Under the pieces are notes generated by a model, which searched no databases, had not been told where the DNA came from, and saw only the letters and a program-made list of their open reading frames with translations. Below, one piece after another: positions 29,472 to 37,860 of a DNA stretch of 64,000 nucleotides. The translations under genes and the position numbers were made by a program. The first letter of the stretch is position 1, and the number at the start of each line of letters is the position of its first letter. This stretch comes from an uncultured Candidatus Saccharibacteria bacterium (GTDB lineage Bacteria; Patescibacteriota; Minisyncoccia; Phycocordibacterales; Zambryskibacteraceae): contig CAZXQA010000001.1 of assembly GCA_964642835.1 (NCBI GenBank), forward strand, positions 68,219 to 132,218. Direction: 5' to 3'.

Positions 29472-29480
29472 AGAAATACT

Positions 29481-32400
29481 CTATAACGCCTTCACTTTAT
29501 CTGCAATGAAGCTTGTTTCGCCGTTGCGCTTCGAGACCTTGCCTTTAATGGCGATGCAGGCGTCGGAGAGGAGGAATTGTTTGAACTCGTTGTAGACACG
29601 CGGGAAGACGGCCACTTCGGTCGAGCCCGAGAAGTCAGAGAGCTTCATGAAGACCATTGTCTCGTTGCCCTTAGTCGTCACGGTGCGAGCCTGCTCGACG
29701 ATACCAGCGATGACGGCTTCGGTGTTCTCTCGCATCTCGGAGAGTTTGTTGAGATTCATATTCATCTTGGCGAATTTCTCGCGGTATGGTTCGAGGGGGT
29801 GCCCGGAGATGTAGAGCCCGAGGAGCTCCTTCTCCCAGGCGAGCTTCTCCTTCATGCTTACTTCCGGCGCGCTTTGGAGACGAAGGACGGGGAGGGTGGA
29901 AGTGTCGCTCATGAGACTAAAGAGCGAGCTCTGGTTCTCGGCGGTATTGGCGCGTTCCTTATGGTAGCTCAAGAGGGCATCTAAGTTCGCGAGGAGAAGG
30001 CCGCGTTCGCCGAAGTCGTCGAGAGCGCCGGCTTTGATGAGGGATTCGAGAGACTTTTTATTTAAATTTCTATCCTTGATGCGGTCGAGGAAGTCGGCGA
30101 GGGAGGTAAATTTGCCCGCGCGCTTGCGTTCCTGGGTAATACTTGAAGCGACACTCGCGCCGAAGTTCTTGATCGTGGTTAGGCCGAAGCGGATTTTGTG
30201 TGGCTGGTCGGTTTGAGAAATGACGGAGAATTGCGAGAAACTTTCATTGACGGAGGGCGGCAAGACGTCGATGCCCATGCGCTTACATTCGTTCACCATA
30301 ATACCAATCGTGTCGACGTCTCCTGACTCGGCCGTAAGCACCGCGGACATATAGATGGCCGGATAGTTGGCCTTGAGCCAGGCGGTCACGTAGGCAATGT
30401 GTCCGTAGCTCGCGGCGTGAGCCTTGTTGAAGCCGTAACCCTGGAAGGGCACGAAGAGATCCCAGATAGCCTCGGCCCGGTCGCGGGCCATACCGCCATG
30501 TTTAATACATCCTTCCACGAAGAGGACATGCTGCTTCTTCATTTCTTCCGGGATCTTCTTACCGACGGCTTTGCGGAATTTGTCGACCTCGCCCCAGGTG
30601 TAGCCAGCCACCTCGATAGCGGTCATAAGGAGGTCGTCTTGGTAGACGAGCACGCCGAAGGTCGTGTCGAGGAAGTTCTTCATCTTGGGATGAAGGTAAA
30701 CGGCGGGTTTGCGGCCGTGCTTTCTCGCGATGTACTCCTGGATGTTGTCCATCGGACCTGGGCGGTAGAGAGCGACCATGACGTTAATGTCATGGATGTT
30801 CGTGGGTTTGAGTTCCATGAGAGCCTTCGTCATGCCGGAGCCGTTCAGCTGGAAGGTGCCTTCCGTTTCGCCGCGCGCGAGCATCTCGAAGGTCTTTTTG
30901 TCGTCGATCGGAATGTTTTCGATAGTTACGGTGACGCCTTCAATCTTTTGAATACGGGCGAACGCATCCGCAATGATCGAGAGGTTCCTAATACCAAGGA
31001 AGTCGAACTTCAAGAGCCCGGCTTCCTCGATCGAGTACATGTCGTACTGGGTGATGATCTTGTTTTCCCCCTTGGTATCGTACTGGAGAGCGGTGTAGTC
31101 GGTGAGAGGCCCTGGCGCGATGACGACACCCGCGGCGTGCACGGAGATGTGACGAGCGTTGCCCTCGATCTTCTGGGCCATGTCGACGATGGTGCGGACG
31201 TCGGCGTCGGCTTTGTACATTTCTTTAAATTCCGGCGATTCCTTCTTGGCACGCTCGATGGTCATAGGGAAGCCTTGCGCGCCCATCGGGATCAATTTGG
31301 CGATGTTGTCGCCTAACTGATAAGGAAAACCCATTGCTCTTGTTACGTCGCGGACGGCGCCGCGGGCCATCATGGTGCCGAAGGTACCAATCTGGGCCAC
31401 GTGGTCGACACCGTACTTCCGGCGCGCGTACTCGATCACCTCGTCGCGACGGGTGTCCGCGAAGTCCATGTCGATATCGGGAGCGGATGGGCGGTCAGGG
31501 TTCAAGAAGCGCTCGAAGGGGAGTTTGTACTCTAAGGGATTCACGTTCGTAATACCGGCGAGGTAGGTCACGATCGAACCGGCGACGGAACCTCTCACGT
31601 TTGTAAGAATGCCGTGCTCGTGCGCATAGTGGAGAAGGTCAGATACGACGAGGAAGTACTTAGGGTATCCCTTGTCGCGAATAACCTTGAGTTCGTACTC
31701 AATGCGCTCGACCAAGGTCGGCGTTTCCGTGAGACCGCGGCGCGCGATGCCGTCGTAGACGATTTTCTTCAAGGCTTCGTCCGGCGTGAGACCGTCTGGC
31801 ATCTCAAGATCGGGGAAGACCCATTTGCCGAGTTCGAGCTTCAGATTGCAGCGATCCGCGATGCGCTCCGTATTCGCGAGAGCTTCGGGAAGATGTTTGA
31901 AATATTTGTGCGCCGTTTTTGTATTAATAAAGGAGAAATCCTCTTCCTCTTCGCCGAAGGCATTCCCACCTCCGCCACCCATGTAGCCTTGAATCGAGAG
32001 AAGTGTTTCGCGAGCCTGTCGGTCCTTGGGATCGAGATAGTAGACGTCGTGAGCGGCCACGAGAGGGATGCCTTGAGCGTTCGCCAAAGCGATGCGCGAC
32101 TTCATGCGCTCCTCGTGCTCCATGATCTCGGGGTGATGTGTCACCTCAAGGTAGAAGTGCTCTGGCCCGAACGTTTCTTGGTAGAAGGCGGAGAGCTCTT
32201 CGACATTGGTCTTCACGAAGGACGGGAGAATGGCGATGAGACCTTCCTTGTGTTTCGCGATAAGCTCTTTATCCAAACGCGGTTTGTAGTAGAAGCCCTC
32301 GAGGTAGGAAGCCGTGACAAGCTTCAATAAATTTTGATAGCCTGCTTCATTTTCGGCGAGAAGGACGAGGCGGGTGCGCTGGTTGTCGAGCCGCGCTTCT

Positions 32401-32645
32401 TTGTCGTGTCGCGTGCGCAGGGCGACGTAGAAGTCGACGCCGATGATGGGCTTAATCCCCGCGTCGGTGCACTCCTGATAGAACTCGATCGCGCCGTAGA
32501 GATTCCCCGCGTCGGTAAGAGCCAGGGCCGTCATGCCCTCCTTCTTGGCCTTCGCGACGAGGTCAGGGATCTTCGGCAAAGCTTCGAGAAGTGAGAAGTG
32601 TGAGTGCGTATGGAGGTGGGTGAAGGGGGTATTCGTCTCAGCCAT
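29481..32645 (-). CDS. dnaE: DNA polymerase III alpha subunit
   Basis: PHP domain HLHTHSHFSLLE, RGSVAGS, PDIDMDF, SVHAAGVVI, YGFNKAHAASY, OB fold. Confidence 0.98.
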   Translation of the reverse strand: MAETNTPFTHLHTHSHFSLLEALPKIPDLVAKAKKEGMTALALTDAGNLYGAIEFYQECTDAGIKPIIGVDFYVALRTRHDKEARLDNQRTRLVLLAENEAGYQNLLKLVTASYLEGFYYKPRLDKELIAKHKEGLIAILPSFVKTNVEELSAFYQETFGPEHFYLEVTHHPEIMEHEERMKSRIALANAQGIPLVAAHDVYYLDPKDRQARETLLSIQGYMGGGGGNAFGEEEEDFSFINTKTAHKYFKHLPEALANTERIADRCNLKLELGKWVFPDLEMPDGLTPDEALKKIVYDGIARRGLTETPTLVERIEYELKVIRDKGYPKYFLVVSDLLHYAHEHGILTNVRGSVAGSIVTYLAGITNVNPLEYKLPFERFLNPDRPSAPDIDMDFADTRRDEVIEYARRKYGVDHVAQIGTFGTMMARGAVRDVTRAMGFPYQLGDNIAKLIPMGAQGFPMTIERAKKESPEFKEMYKADADVRTIVDMAQKIEGNARHISVHAAGVVIAPGPLTDYTALQYDTKGENKIITQYDMYSIEEAGLLKFDFLGIRNLSIIADAFARIQKIEGVTVTIENIPIDDKKTFEMLARGETEGTFQLNGSGMTKALMELKPTNIHDINVMVALYRPGPMDNIQEYIARKHGRKPAVYLHPKMKNFLDTTFGVLVYQDDLLMTAIEVAGYTWGEVDKFRKAVGKKIPEEMKKQHVLFVEGCIKHGGMARDRAEAIWDLFVPFQGYGFNKAHAASYGHIAYVTAWLKANYPAIYMSAVLTAESGDVDTIGIMVNECKRMGIDVLPPSVNESFSQFSVISQTDQPHKIRFGLTTIKNFGASVASSITQERKRAGKFTSLADFLDRIKDRNLNKKSLESLIKAGALDDFGERGLLLANLDALLSYHKERANTAENQSSLFSLMSDTSTLPVLRLQSAPEVSMKEKLAWEKELLGLYISGHPLEPYREKFAKMNMNLNKLSEMRENTEAVIAGIVEQARTVTTKGNETMVFMKLSDFSGSTEVAVFPRVYNEFKQFLLSDACIAIKGKVSKRNGETSFIADKVKAL

Positions 32646-32676
32646 TGCGCCTAGTTTAGCATAAGCACGGCGATAG

Positions 32677-32705
32677 TTGACAATATGTTACTTTATATCT
32701 ATAAT
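32677..32705 (+). promoter_or_regulatory. consensus sigma70 promoter
   Basis: TTGACA (32677)-N17-TATAAT (32700), upstream of ORF 32750. Confidence 0.8.
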
Positions 32706-32749
32706 CTTAAAAAGATAGGCCTCGAGTTAGGCCAGAAGGGGGGGTTGTT

Positions 32750-33610
32750 GTGAAAGAACAACAACGGGCACTTGATAACTTGATTCGTGAATACTGGGAG
32801 GTTAAGACTGACGAAGAGATAGGACAACTTGCGAATCCGCCGGTGGCGAAGCATGTGGTCAAGGAGCGTCGCCATACTCTCAACTTGAAGAAGAAAAAGT
32901 GGAGCACAAATCTGGTTGAGGGTGTTGATGTGGTAGAGCTTAAAGAAGCGTTGTTCGAGAAAGGCTATTCTTTGAGAGAGTTTGTGGAACTCAAGGGTAT
33001 CAAGCGCTCTCTCGATGACTTGTATGCTCTCATGAAGCGTCTTGGGATCGAGAATATTCCAGCTCAACGTAAGCCAGCGTGGAAAGGCGCCCATCTTGCT
33101 CGCAAATACGGGGTAGACCTAGTTGAGCTCAAGAAGGCGCTCTTCGAGACGGGGTACTCTTTAAGGGAGTTTGCCGAACTTAAGGCTTTCAAAGGCTCTC
33201 TTCGTTCTCTATATGAGCTTGCAGAGTGCCTTGGGGTCGACAGCATCCATAAACAACGTAAGCCGGAATGGAAAGTTTTTCGTCTCGCTCGTCAACTTGG
33301 TCGACCAGAATTTCTTAATCGCGAGTGGCTCTCGGGGGAAGTAGGTAACCTAAAAGTTATCAGTGACCTTGCTGCAAAACTTGATGTCACTGAGAGTCAG
33401 CTGCGTGTTTTCACAGATCACTTCGGTCTGACTGGCAAGTCGACAAATAGGCCGAAGGTGCTCAACTTGGTATGTGCAACATGTGGCAACTCGTTCCAGC
33501 GACGAATGGGACGTATGAACGGTAATGCGCATTCGCGCGAGAAACTGGGTTTACTGATGCAGACTGAGTTTTACTGCAAGCAACGGTGCTTCCTGTCTCG
33601 TAAACGGTAG
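32750..33610 (+). CDS. hypothetical protein with 63-aa tandem repeat, HTH-like segments and C-terminal Zn-finger
   Basis: GVD.VELK.ALFE.GYSLREF.ELK...RKP.WK repeated twice; CATC...CKQRC. Confidence 0.75.
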   Translation: MKEQQRALDNLIREYWEVKTDEEIGQLANPPVAKHVVKERRHTLNLKKKKWSTNLVEGVDVVELKEALFEKGYSLREFVELKGIKRSLDDLYALMKRLGIENIPAQRKPAWKGAHLARKYGVDLVELKKALFETGYSLREFAELKAFKGSLRSLYELAECLGVDSIHKQRKPEWKVFRLARQLGRPEFLNREWLSGEVGNLKVISDLAAKLDVTESQLRVFTDHFGLTGKSTNRPKVLNLVCATCGNSFQRRMGRMNGNAHSREKLGLLMQTEFYCKQRCFLSRKR

Positions 33611-33714
33611 CTAGGACACAAGTAGGGCGGGGCCAACGGCCCCGCTCTTTCTTTTTGCTTAAAGTAATTGACTTTAGATATAAAATGTGATTTTGTAAGA
33701 ATGGAGGTAATTGC

Positions 33715-34140
33715 ATGAATCAGTTTCTTCGTTCGGTCTTACTCTTTATTTCCGGTGAGTCTCAGTATCTGACGATTGAAGAGTGTTACGAAGCCGTTCG
33801 ATCCGAGCCGTTGACTGTGGCCAGGATGAGTCCGCGCACGACCCGTGTCGAGAAACACATCATTTCTCCAATGGGCGGCAAGGCTCGCGTGACAATCTTT
33901 TATAAGATGACGCGTCGGCCAGATAACGTCGTGGTCGAGACCATCGAAGTGACCGCTTACAAACCCGGTGCTGTCACGGCAACTTTTGTCGGTGAAGTAC
34001 TTGTCGGCCTTACTCATAATGGTGTCAGATCAGATGTTCCGCGTCTCAATGAGCAGGTGCGGACTCGTCTCTGGCAAATTTTGCTTCTTGCTCGAGCGGC
34101 CGCGGAAAGCTTTCAGGAAATCCCTACGACACGTTCGTAG
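33715..34140 (+). CDS. hypothetical protein
   Basis: GGAGGT SD, own TTGACT promoter, 141 aa. Confidence 0.65.
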   Translation: MNQFLRSVLLFISGESQYLTIEECYEAVRSEPLTVARMSPRTTRVEKHIISPMGGKARVTIFYKMTRRPDNVVVETIEVTAYKPGAVTATFVGEVLVGLTHNGVRSDVPRLNEQVRTRLWQILLLARAAAESFQEIPTTRS

Positions 34141-34203
34141 GGATTTTATATGTTAGAATTGACTTTATGTTATTTCTATGATTTTATACAGCTAGGAGGT
34201 GTT

Positions 34204-34596
34204 ATGTACTACTGCGTGTTTCTGGCGTTCATGATGTTGATGGAACCCGGTGTCGAGCAGAGCAATTCGTCGCAGGACACGGACATCAAGATTTCTGTAG
34301 CGAGTGATGCGGACGGTCTCTCCGCCACTCTCGAACTCGGCGGCGCCACCACGGTCGTCCGCGATGAAGGCGGCGGTTGGTTCCGGATCAAAACGGAACT
34401 CATCCCCGGCAAACCATCGTCGTATCGCACGAAGGGCACGATCGATCCGCAAGGGAAGAGTGCTTCAGTGACGTTCGACCTGGGCCACGCCAGTACCCAA
34501 GAGCAAAAGGGAGGCCCTTTCTGGACGTGTAGCGTCAAGGCTCCCCTCGAACGATCTGGTTCCAGAGCACCCGTGCTCGAGGCTACCTGTAAGTAG
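34204..34596 (+). CDS. hypothetical exported protein
   Basis: AGGAGGT SD, hydrophobic N-terminus, C-terminal Cys pair, terminator at about 34610-34650. Confidence 0.6.
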   Translation: MYYCVFLAFMMLMEPGVEQSNSSQDTDIKISVASDADGLSATLELGGATTVVRDEGGGWFRIKTELIPGKPSSYRTKGTIDPQGKSASVTFDLGHASTQEQKGGPFWTCSVKAPLERSGSRAPVLEATCK

Positions 34597-34666
34597 GGTG
34601 AGACACATGAGCCCCGCGTCGCCATCGGCGACGCGGGGCTTTTCTTTTGTGCTACATTAACTCCAC

Positions 34667-35257
34667 ATGGCGTACACCGTTGGTATTGATGAAGCGGGGA
34701 GAGGACCACTCGCGGGGCCGGTTTCGGTTGGAATGGTGAAGGTTCCTGCGCATCTTAATAAACAGTTTTTCAAAGGTATTAAGGACTCCAAGAAGCTGTC
34801 GCAAGAGAAACGGGAACTCTGGTATGCACGGGCGGTTGAAGGGAAAAAGAGAGGGGAATTAGATTTCCACGTCGCTCTTATTTCAGAAAAGGTTATCGAC
34901 AAGCGCGGTATCTCATATGCCATCCGTTTGGGCATCTTGCGTTGTCTCGAGGCGTTGGACGTTTCTCTGAAGGACAGTATCTTCCTCGACGGGTCGCTCA
35001 AGGCACCTGTGCAGTTTAAAAATCAGCAGACGATTATCAAAGGAGATGAAAAGGTGCCAGTCATCTCACTGGCTTCTATTTGTGCCAAGGTGGCGCGCGA
35101 TCGGAAGATGGTAGGACTCGCGAAAAAGTTCCCTCGCTATGGCTTCGACATTCATAAAGGTTATGGGACCTCCGCGCATCTTGCTGCTTTGCGGAAATAT
35201 GGCAAAACAGCTCTCCACAGGAGCACATTTTTGAAGAATTTGACAAAAAGTGGCTAA
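34667..35257 (+). CDS. rnhB: ribonuclease HII
   Basis: GIDEAGRGPLAGPV, DSKKL, KGD, ASICAKVARD, HKGYGT. Confidence 0.97.
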   Translation: MAYTVGIDEAGRGPLAGPVSVGMVKVPAHLNKQFFKGIKDSKKLSQEKRELWYARAVEGKKRGELDFHVALISEKVIDKRGISYAIRLGILRCLEALDVSLKDSIFLDGSLKAPVQFKNQQTIIKGDEKVPVISLASICAKVARDRKMVGLAKKFPRYGFDIHKGYGTSAHLAALRKYGKTALHRSTFLKNLTKSG

Positions 35258-35290
35258 GTAGTATAATAAATTTCAGAAAAGGAGGCCCTT

Positions 35291-35770
35291 GTGGGCGCAG
35301 CGGTAATGCCAATCAATTTAAACTATGCCGCACTGGTTGCTCTACGGGCCCGTGGCGGAGAATTGGAAATCCTCCTTTTGGAGGCAACTGTTCTCACTGG
35401 AGTGCATACCGGACTCCATCTCTGGCAATTACCAGGAGGAGGGGAAGAGATTGCTGATCAAGGCAATCCCTTCCGCACTCTTGAAGCGGAACTCGAAGAG
35501 GAGACGGGATTGTCTTTGAAAAAGAACTATCCCGATCCACAACTTCTCGTTGTGCGAGAGAAGGTGCCAGAGCACTTCCAGCGTTTCTACCTCGCGTGGG
35601 AAACTGATTTGCAAGGAGAGCTTCGTCAAGGAGAGATTGTTGACGGCAACAAGCGTCTGGGTGCGCCCACATGGTGTTCCCTCTCGTTCGCCCGAGAGAA
35701 TCTGTGTGACGCGCACATCTTGGTGCTTCCTTGGTTGGATGAGATTCAATCAAGGTTCCAGAAAAAGTGA
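35291..35770 (+). CDS. NUDIX hydrolase
   Basis: WQLPGGG...ELEEETGL Nudix box; promoter TTGACA(35240)-N16-TATAAT and GGAGG SD. Confidence 0.8.
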   Translation: MGAAVMPINLNYAALVALRARGGELEILLLEATVLTGVHTGLHLWQLPGGGEEIADQGNPFRTLEAELEEETGLSLKKNYPDPQLLVVREKVPEHFQRFYLAWETDLQGELRQGEIVDGNKRLGAPTWCSLSFARENLCDAHILVLPWLDEIQSRFQKK

Positions 35771-35842
35771 GGAATATGGGAGCCGGGCGCGTCTATGCGC
35801 CCGGCTCTTTTCTTTTGCTTTATATGTGCTATGGTGGAGGCC

Positions 35843-36055
35843 ATGGTTGTACGAATGAGACACACCCGCGCGCATACGAGAAACAGGCGTTCACATCACG
35901 CCCTATCTCAGCCTGCGTTGAGTAAGGACGCCGCCGGCGCCTCCCACCTCCGTCACAGGATGTCGAAGGCTACCGGCATGTACCGCGATCGCAAGGTCGT
36001 GGATTTGGCGAAGAAGCTCGACAAAAAGGCCAAGAAGCGCACCGCGGTGAAGTAA
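35843..36055 (+). CDS. rpmF: 50S ribosomal protein L32 (Cys-free form)
   Basis: R...RRSHHAL, HLRHR, G.YRDR.V; upstream of nusB and rnc. Confidence 0.88.
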   Translation: MVVRMRHTRAHTRNRRSHHALSQPALSKDAAGASHLRHRMSKATGMYRDRKVVDLAKKLDKKAKKRTAVK

Positions 36056-36088
36056 CCCCAATTTATCCCTTAGTTCTTTTGTTCTTTT

Positions 36089-37000
36089 ATGTCGCAAAGA
36101 CACCTTTCGCGTTCTATTGTTCTCCAATCGCTCTTCGAGTGGGATTTCGAAGGCAAGCAGCGGGAAGACATTTTCCCGATGTTCGAACGCAATATTAAAG
36201 AATTTGCTCCCGGTTCCTCGGACCGCCCGTTCATGGAAACGCTCTTGAAGCGCGTCCTCGACAAGCGCCCCGACCTCGACACCTTAATCGAGAAGGCGGC
36301 GCCCGAATGGCCTATTCATAAAATCGCTCCCGTGGATCGCAATATTCTCCGCATCGGGCTCGCTGAGCTCCTCTTCTCCGATCGCAAAGAAGTGCCACCC
36401 AAGGTTGCCATCAACGAAGCTATTGAGCTCGCCAAGCAGTTCGGTGGGGAGACATCCGGTCGGTTTGTAAACGGGGTCTTAGGCGCGGTCTACAAGGAAA
36501 TGGGCGAGCCGGGCAAGAACGAGACCGGTAAGCCGAAGCAGAAGCACGGCAATGTGCCGGATCATCTTCTCCCCGTCGAGAAGCTTGCCGGCGCGATTGT
36601 CTACGCCAAGCACGAGGGTCAGGTCTATCTTGCCCTCGTTCACGATGTCTTCGGCCACTGGACGCTCTCGAAGGGGAAGATTGGCGAAGGAGAAGCTGAC
36701 ACCGACTGCCTCACGCGCAAGGTGCCACTCGAGATCGGCATTCCTGTATCGGTGAAGGAGCACATCGGGAGTAACACGTACACCACCTTCCTCCCCGAGA
36801 AGGGCAAGGTCCGCAAAGAGATCAACTACTATCTCGCCGAAGCGCCGTTCCAGGAATTGACCCTCGAGAAGAAGGAGGAGAAGGGCGGTCTCGACGACGT
36901 GCGATGGTTCAAACTCGCCGATATTCTCGATCTCAACTTTTATGACGATATTCTGCCTATTATTACCAAGGCTTTGACCCGACTTGCAGAATCCAGGTAG
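36089..37000 (+). CDS. nusB: NusB fused to a C-terminal NUDIX-like domain
   Basis: VDRNILRI, PPKVAINEAIELAKQFG, FVNGVLG; then AGAIVY...GHWTLSKGKI. Confidence 0.93.
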   Translation: MSQRHLSRSIVLQSLFEWDFEGKQREDIFPMFERNIKEFAPGSSDRPFMETLLKRVLDKRPDLDTLIEKAAPEWPIHKIAPVDRNILRIGLAELLFSDRKEVPPKVAINEAIELAKQFGGETSGRFVNGVLGAVYKEMGEPGKNETGKPKQKHGNVPDHLLPVEKLAGAIVYAKHEGQVYLALVHDVFGHWTLSKGKIGEGEADTDCLTRKVPLEIGIPVSVKEHIGSNTYTTFLPEKGKVRKEINYYLAEAPFQELTLEKKEEKGGLDDVRWFKLADILDLNFYDDILPIITKALTRLAESR

Positions 37001-37026
37001 ATAGTAAATAGTAGTGAGTAATACAT

Positions 37027-37716
37027 ATGGATTTTGCCGCTTTTGAAGCCACCGCCGGGGTTACTTTCGCCAATAAGGCGCTTTTGAAGCAGGCCTTCAC
37101 GCATCGCTCGTACATCAACGAGAACCGTGACTCAGGTCTCGAACACAACGAACGCTTGGAGTTCTTGGGCGATGCCGTGCTCGAACTCGTCATCACGGAC
37201 TTCTTGTACGAGAAGATGAAGGATTCCGACGAGGGGACGCTGACCTCACTTCGCTCCGCTCTTGTGAACGCGGACACGTGTGCGAAGGTCGCGACGACGC
37301 TCGGCGTGAATGACTTCCTCCTTCTTTCGAAGGGCGAGAGTAAGGACACTGGTCGCGCTCGTCTCTACATTCTCGCGAACACACTCGAAGCCATTATCGG
37401 CGCTCTCTATCTTGACCAGAAGTATGAAGCGGCCAAGGCCTTTATTCTCGCTCATATCGCTCCCTTGGCCGATGAGATTATGGCAACGGGTGCCTGGATT
37501 GATGCGAAGTCACTTTTCCAAGAGAAGGCGCAGGAGAATCTCGGTCACACTCCTGTCTATAAAACAGTGAAGGAAGCCGGCCCCGACCACGACAAGCGCT
37601 TTACCGTGGCGGTTTCGGTGGCGGGTGCCACGTATGGCGAAGGTGAAGGGAAGAGTAAGCAAGATGCCGAACAGGCCGCCGCGCGTCAGGCTCTCGAAAA
37701 GCAGGGGTGGAAGTAG
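37027..37716 (+). CDS. rnc: ribonuclease III
   Basis: HNERLEFLGDAVLE, EAIIGALYLD, dsRBD GPDHDKRF...SKQDAEQ.AA. Confidence 0.98.
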   Translation: MDFAAFEATAGVTFANKALLKQAFTHRSYINENRDSGLEHNERLEFLGDAVLELVITDFLYEKMKDSDEGTLTSLRSALVNADTCAKVATTLGVNDFLLLSKGESKDTGRARLYILANTLEAIIGALYLDQKYEAAKAFILAHIAPLADEIMATGAWIDAKSLFQEKAQENLGHTPVYKTVKEAGPDHDKRFTVAVSVAGATYGEGEGKSKQDAEQAAARQALEKQGWK

Positions 37717-37723
37717 AATGCAC

Positions 37724-37832
37724 CCTCACCTCACCCGGCTTTCAGCCACCCTCTCCTAGGCGTTAGGAGAGGGTTTTAATTTCTCCCTTCTCCTTGCGTC
37801 TAGGAGAAGGGTCGGGGATGAGGTCGGTGAGG
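37724..37832. repeat. REP-like multi-hairpin palindromic element
   Basis: Outer CCTCACC/GGTGAGG; inner ACCCTCTCCTA/TAGGAGAGGGT and CCCTTCTCCT/AGGAGAAGGG hairpins. Confidence 0.7.
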
Positions 37833-37860
37833 AAGTAAGCTCGTGTTAAAATAATCTTTA

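Noticed and set aside
29330-29480. T-box riboswitch upstream of thrS
   Set aside because: No AAGGTGGTACC-type T-box sequence or Stem I motifs and the region is too short; the poly-Thr uORF explains the structure.
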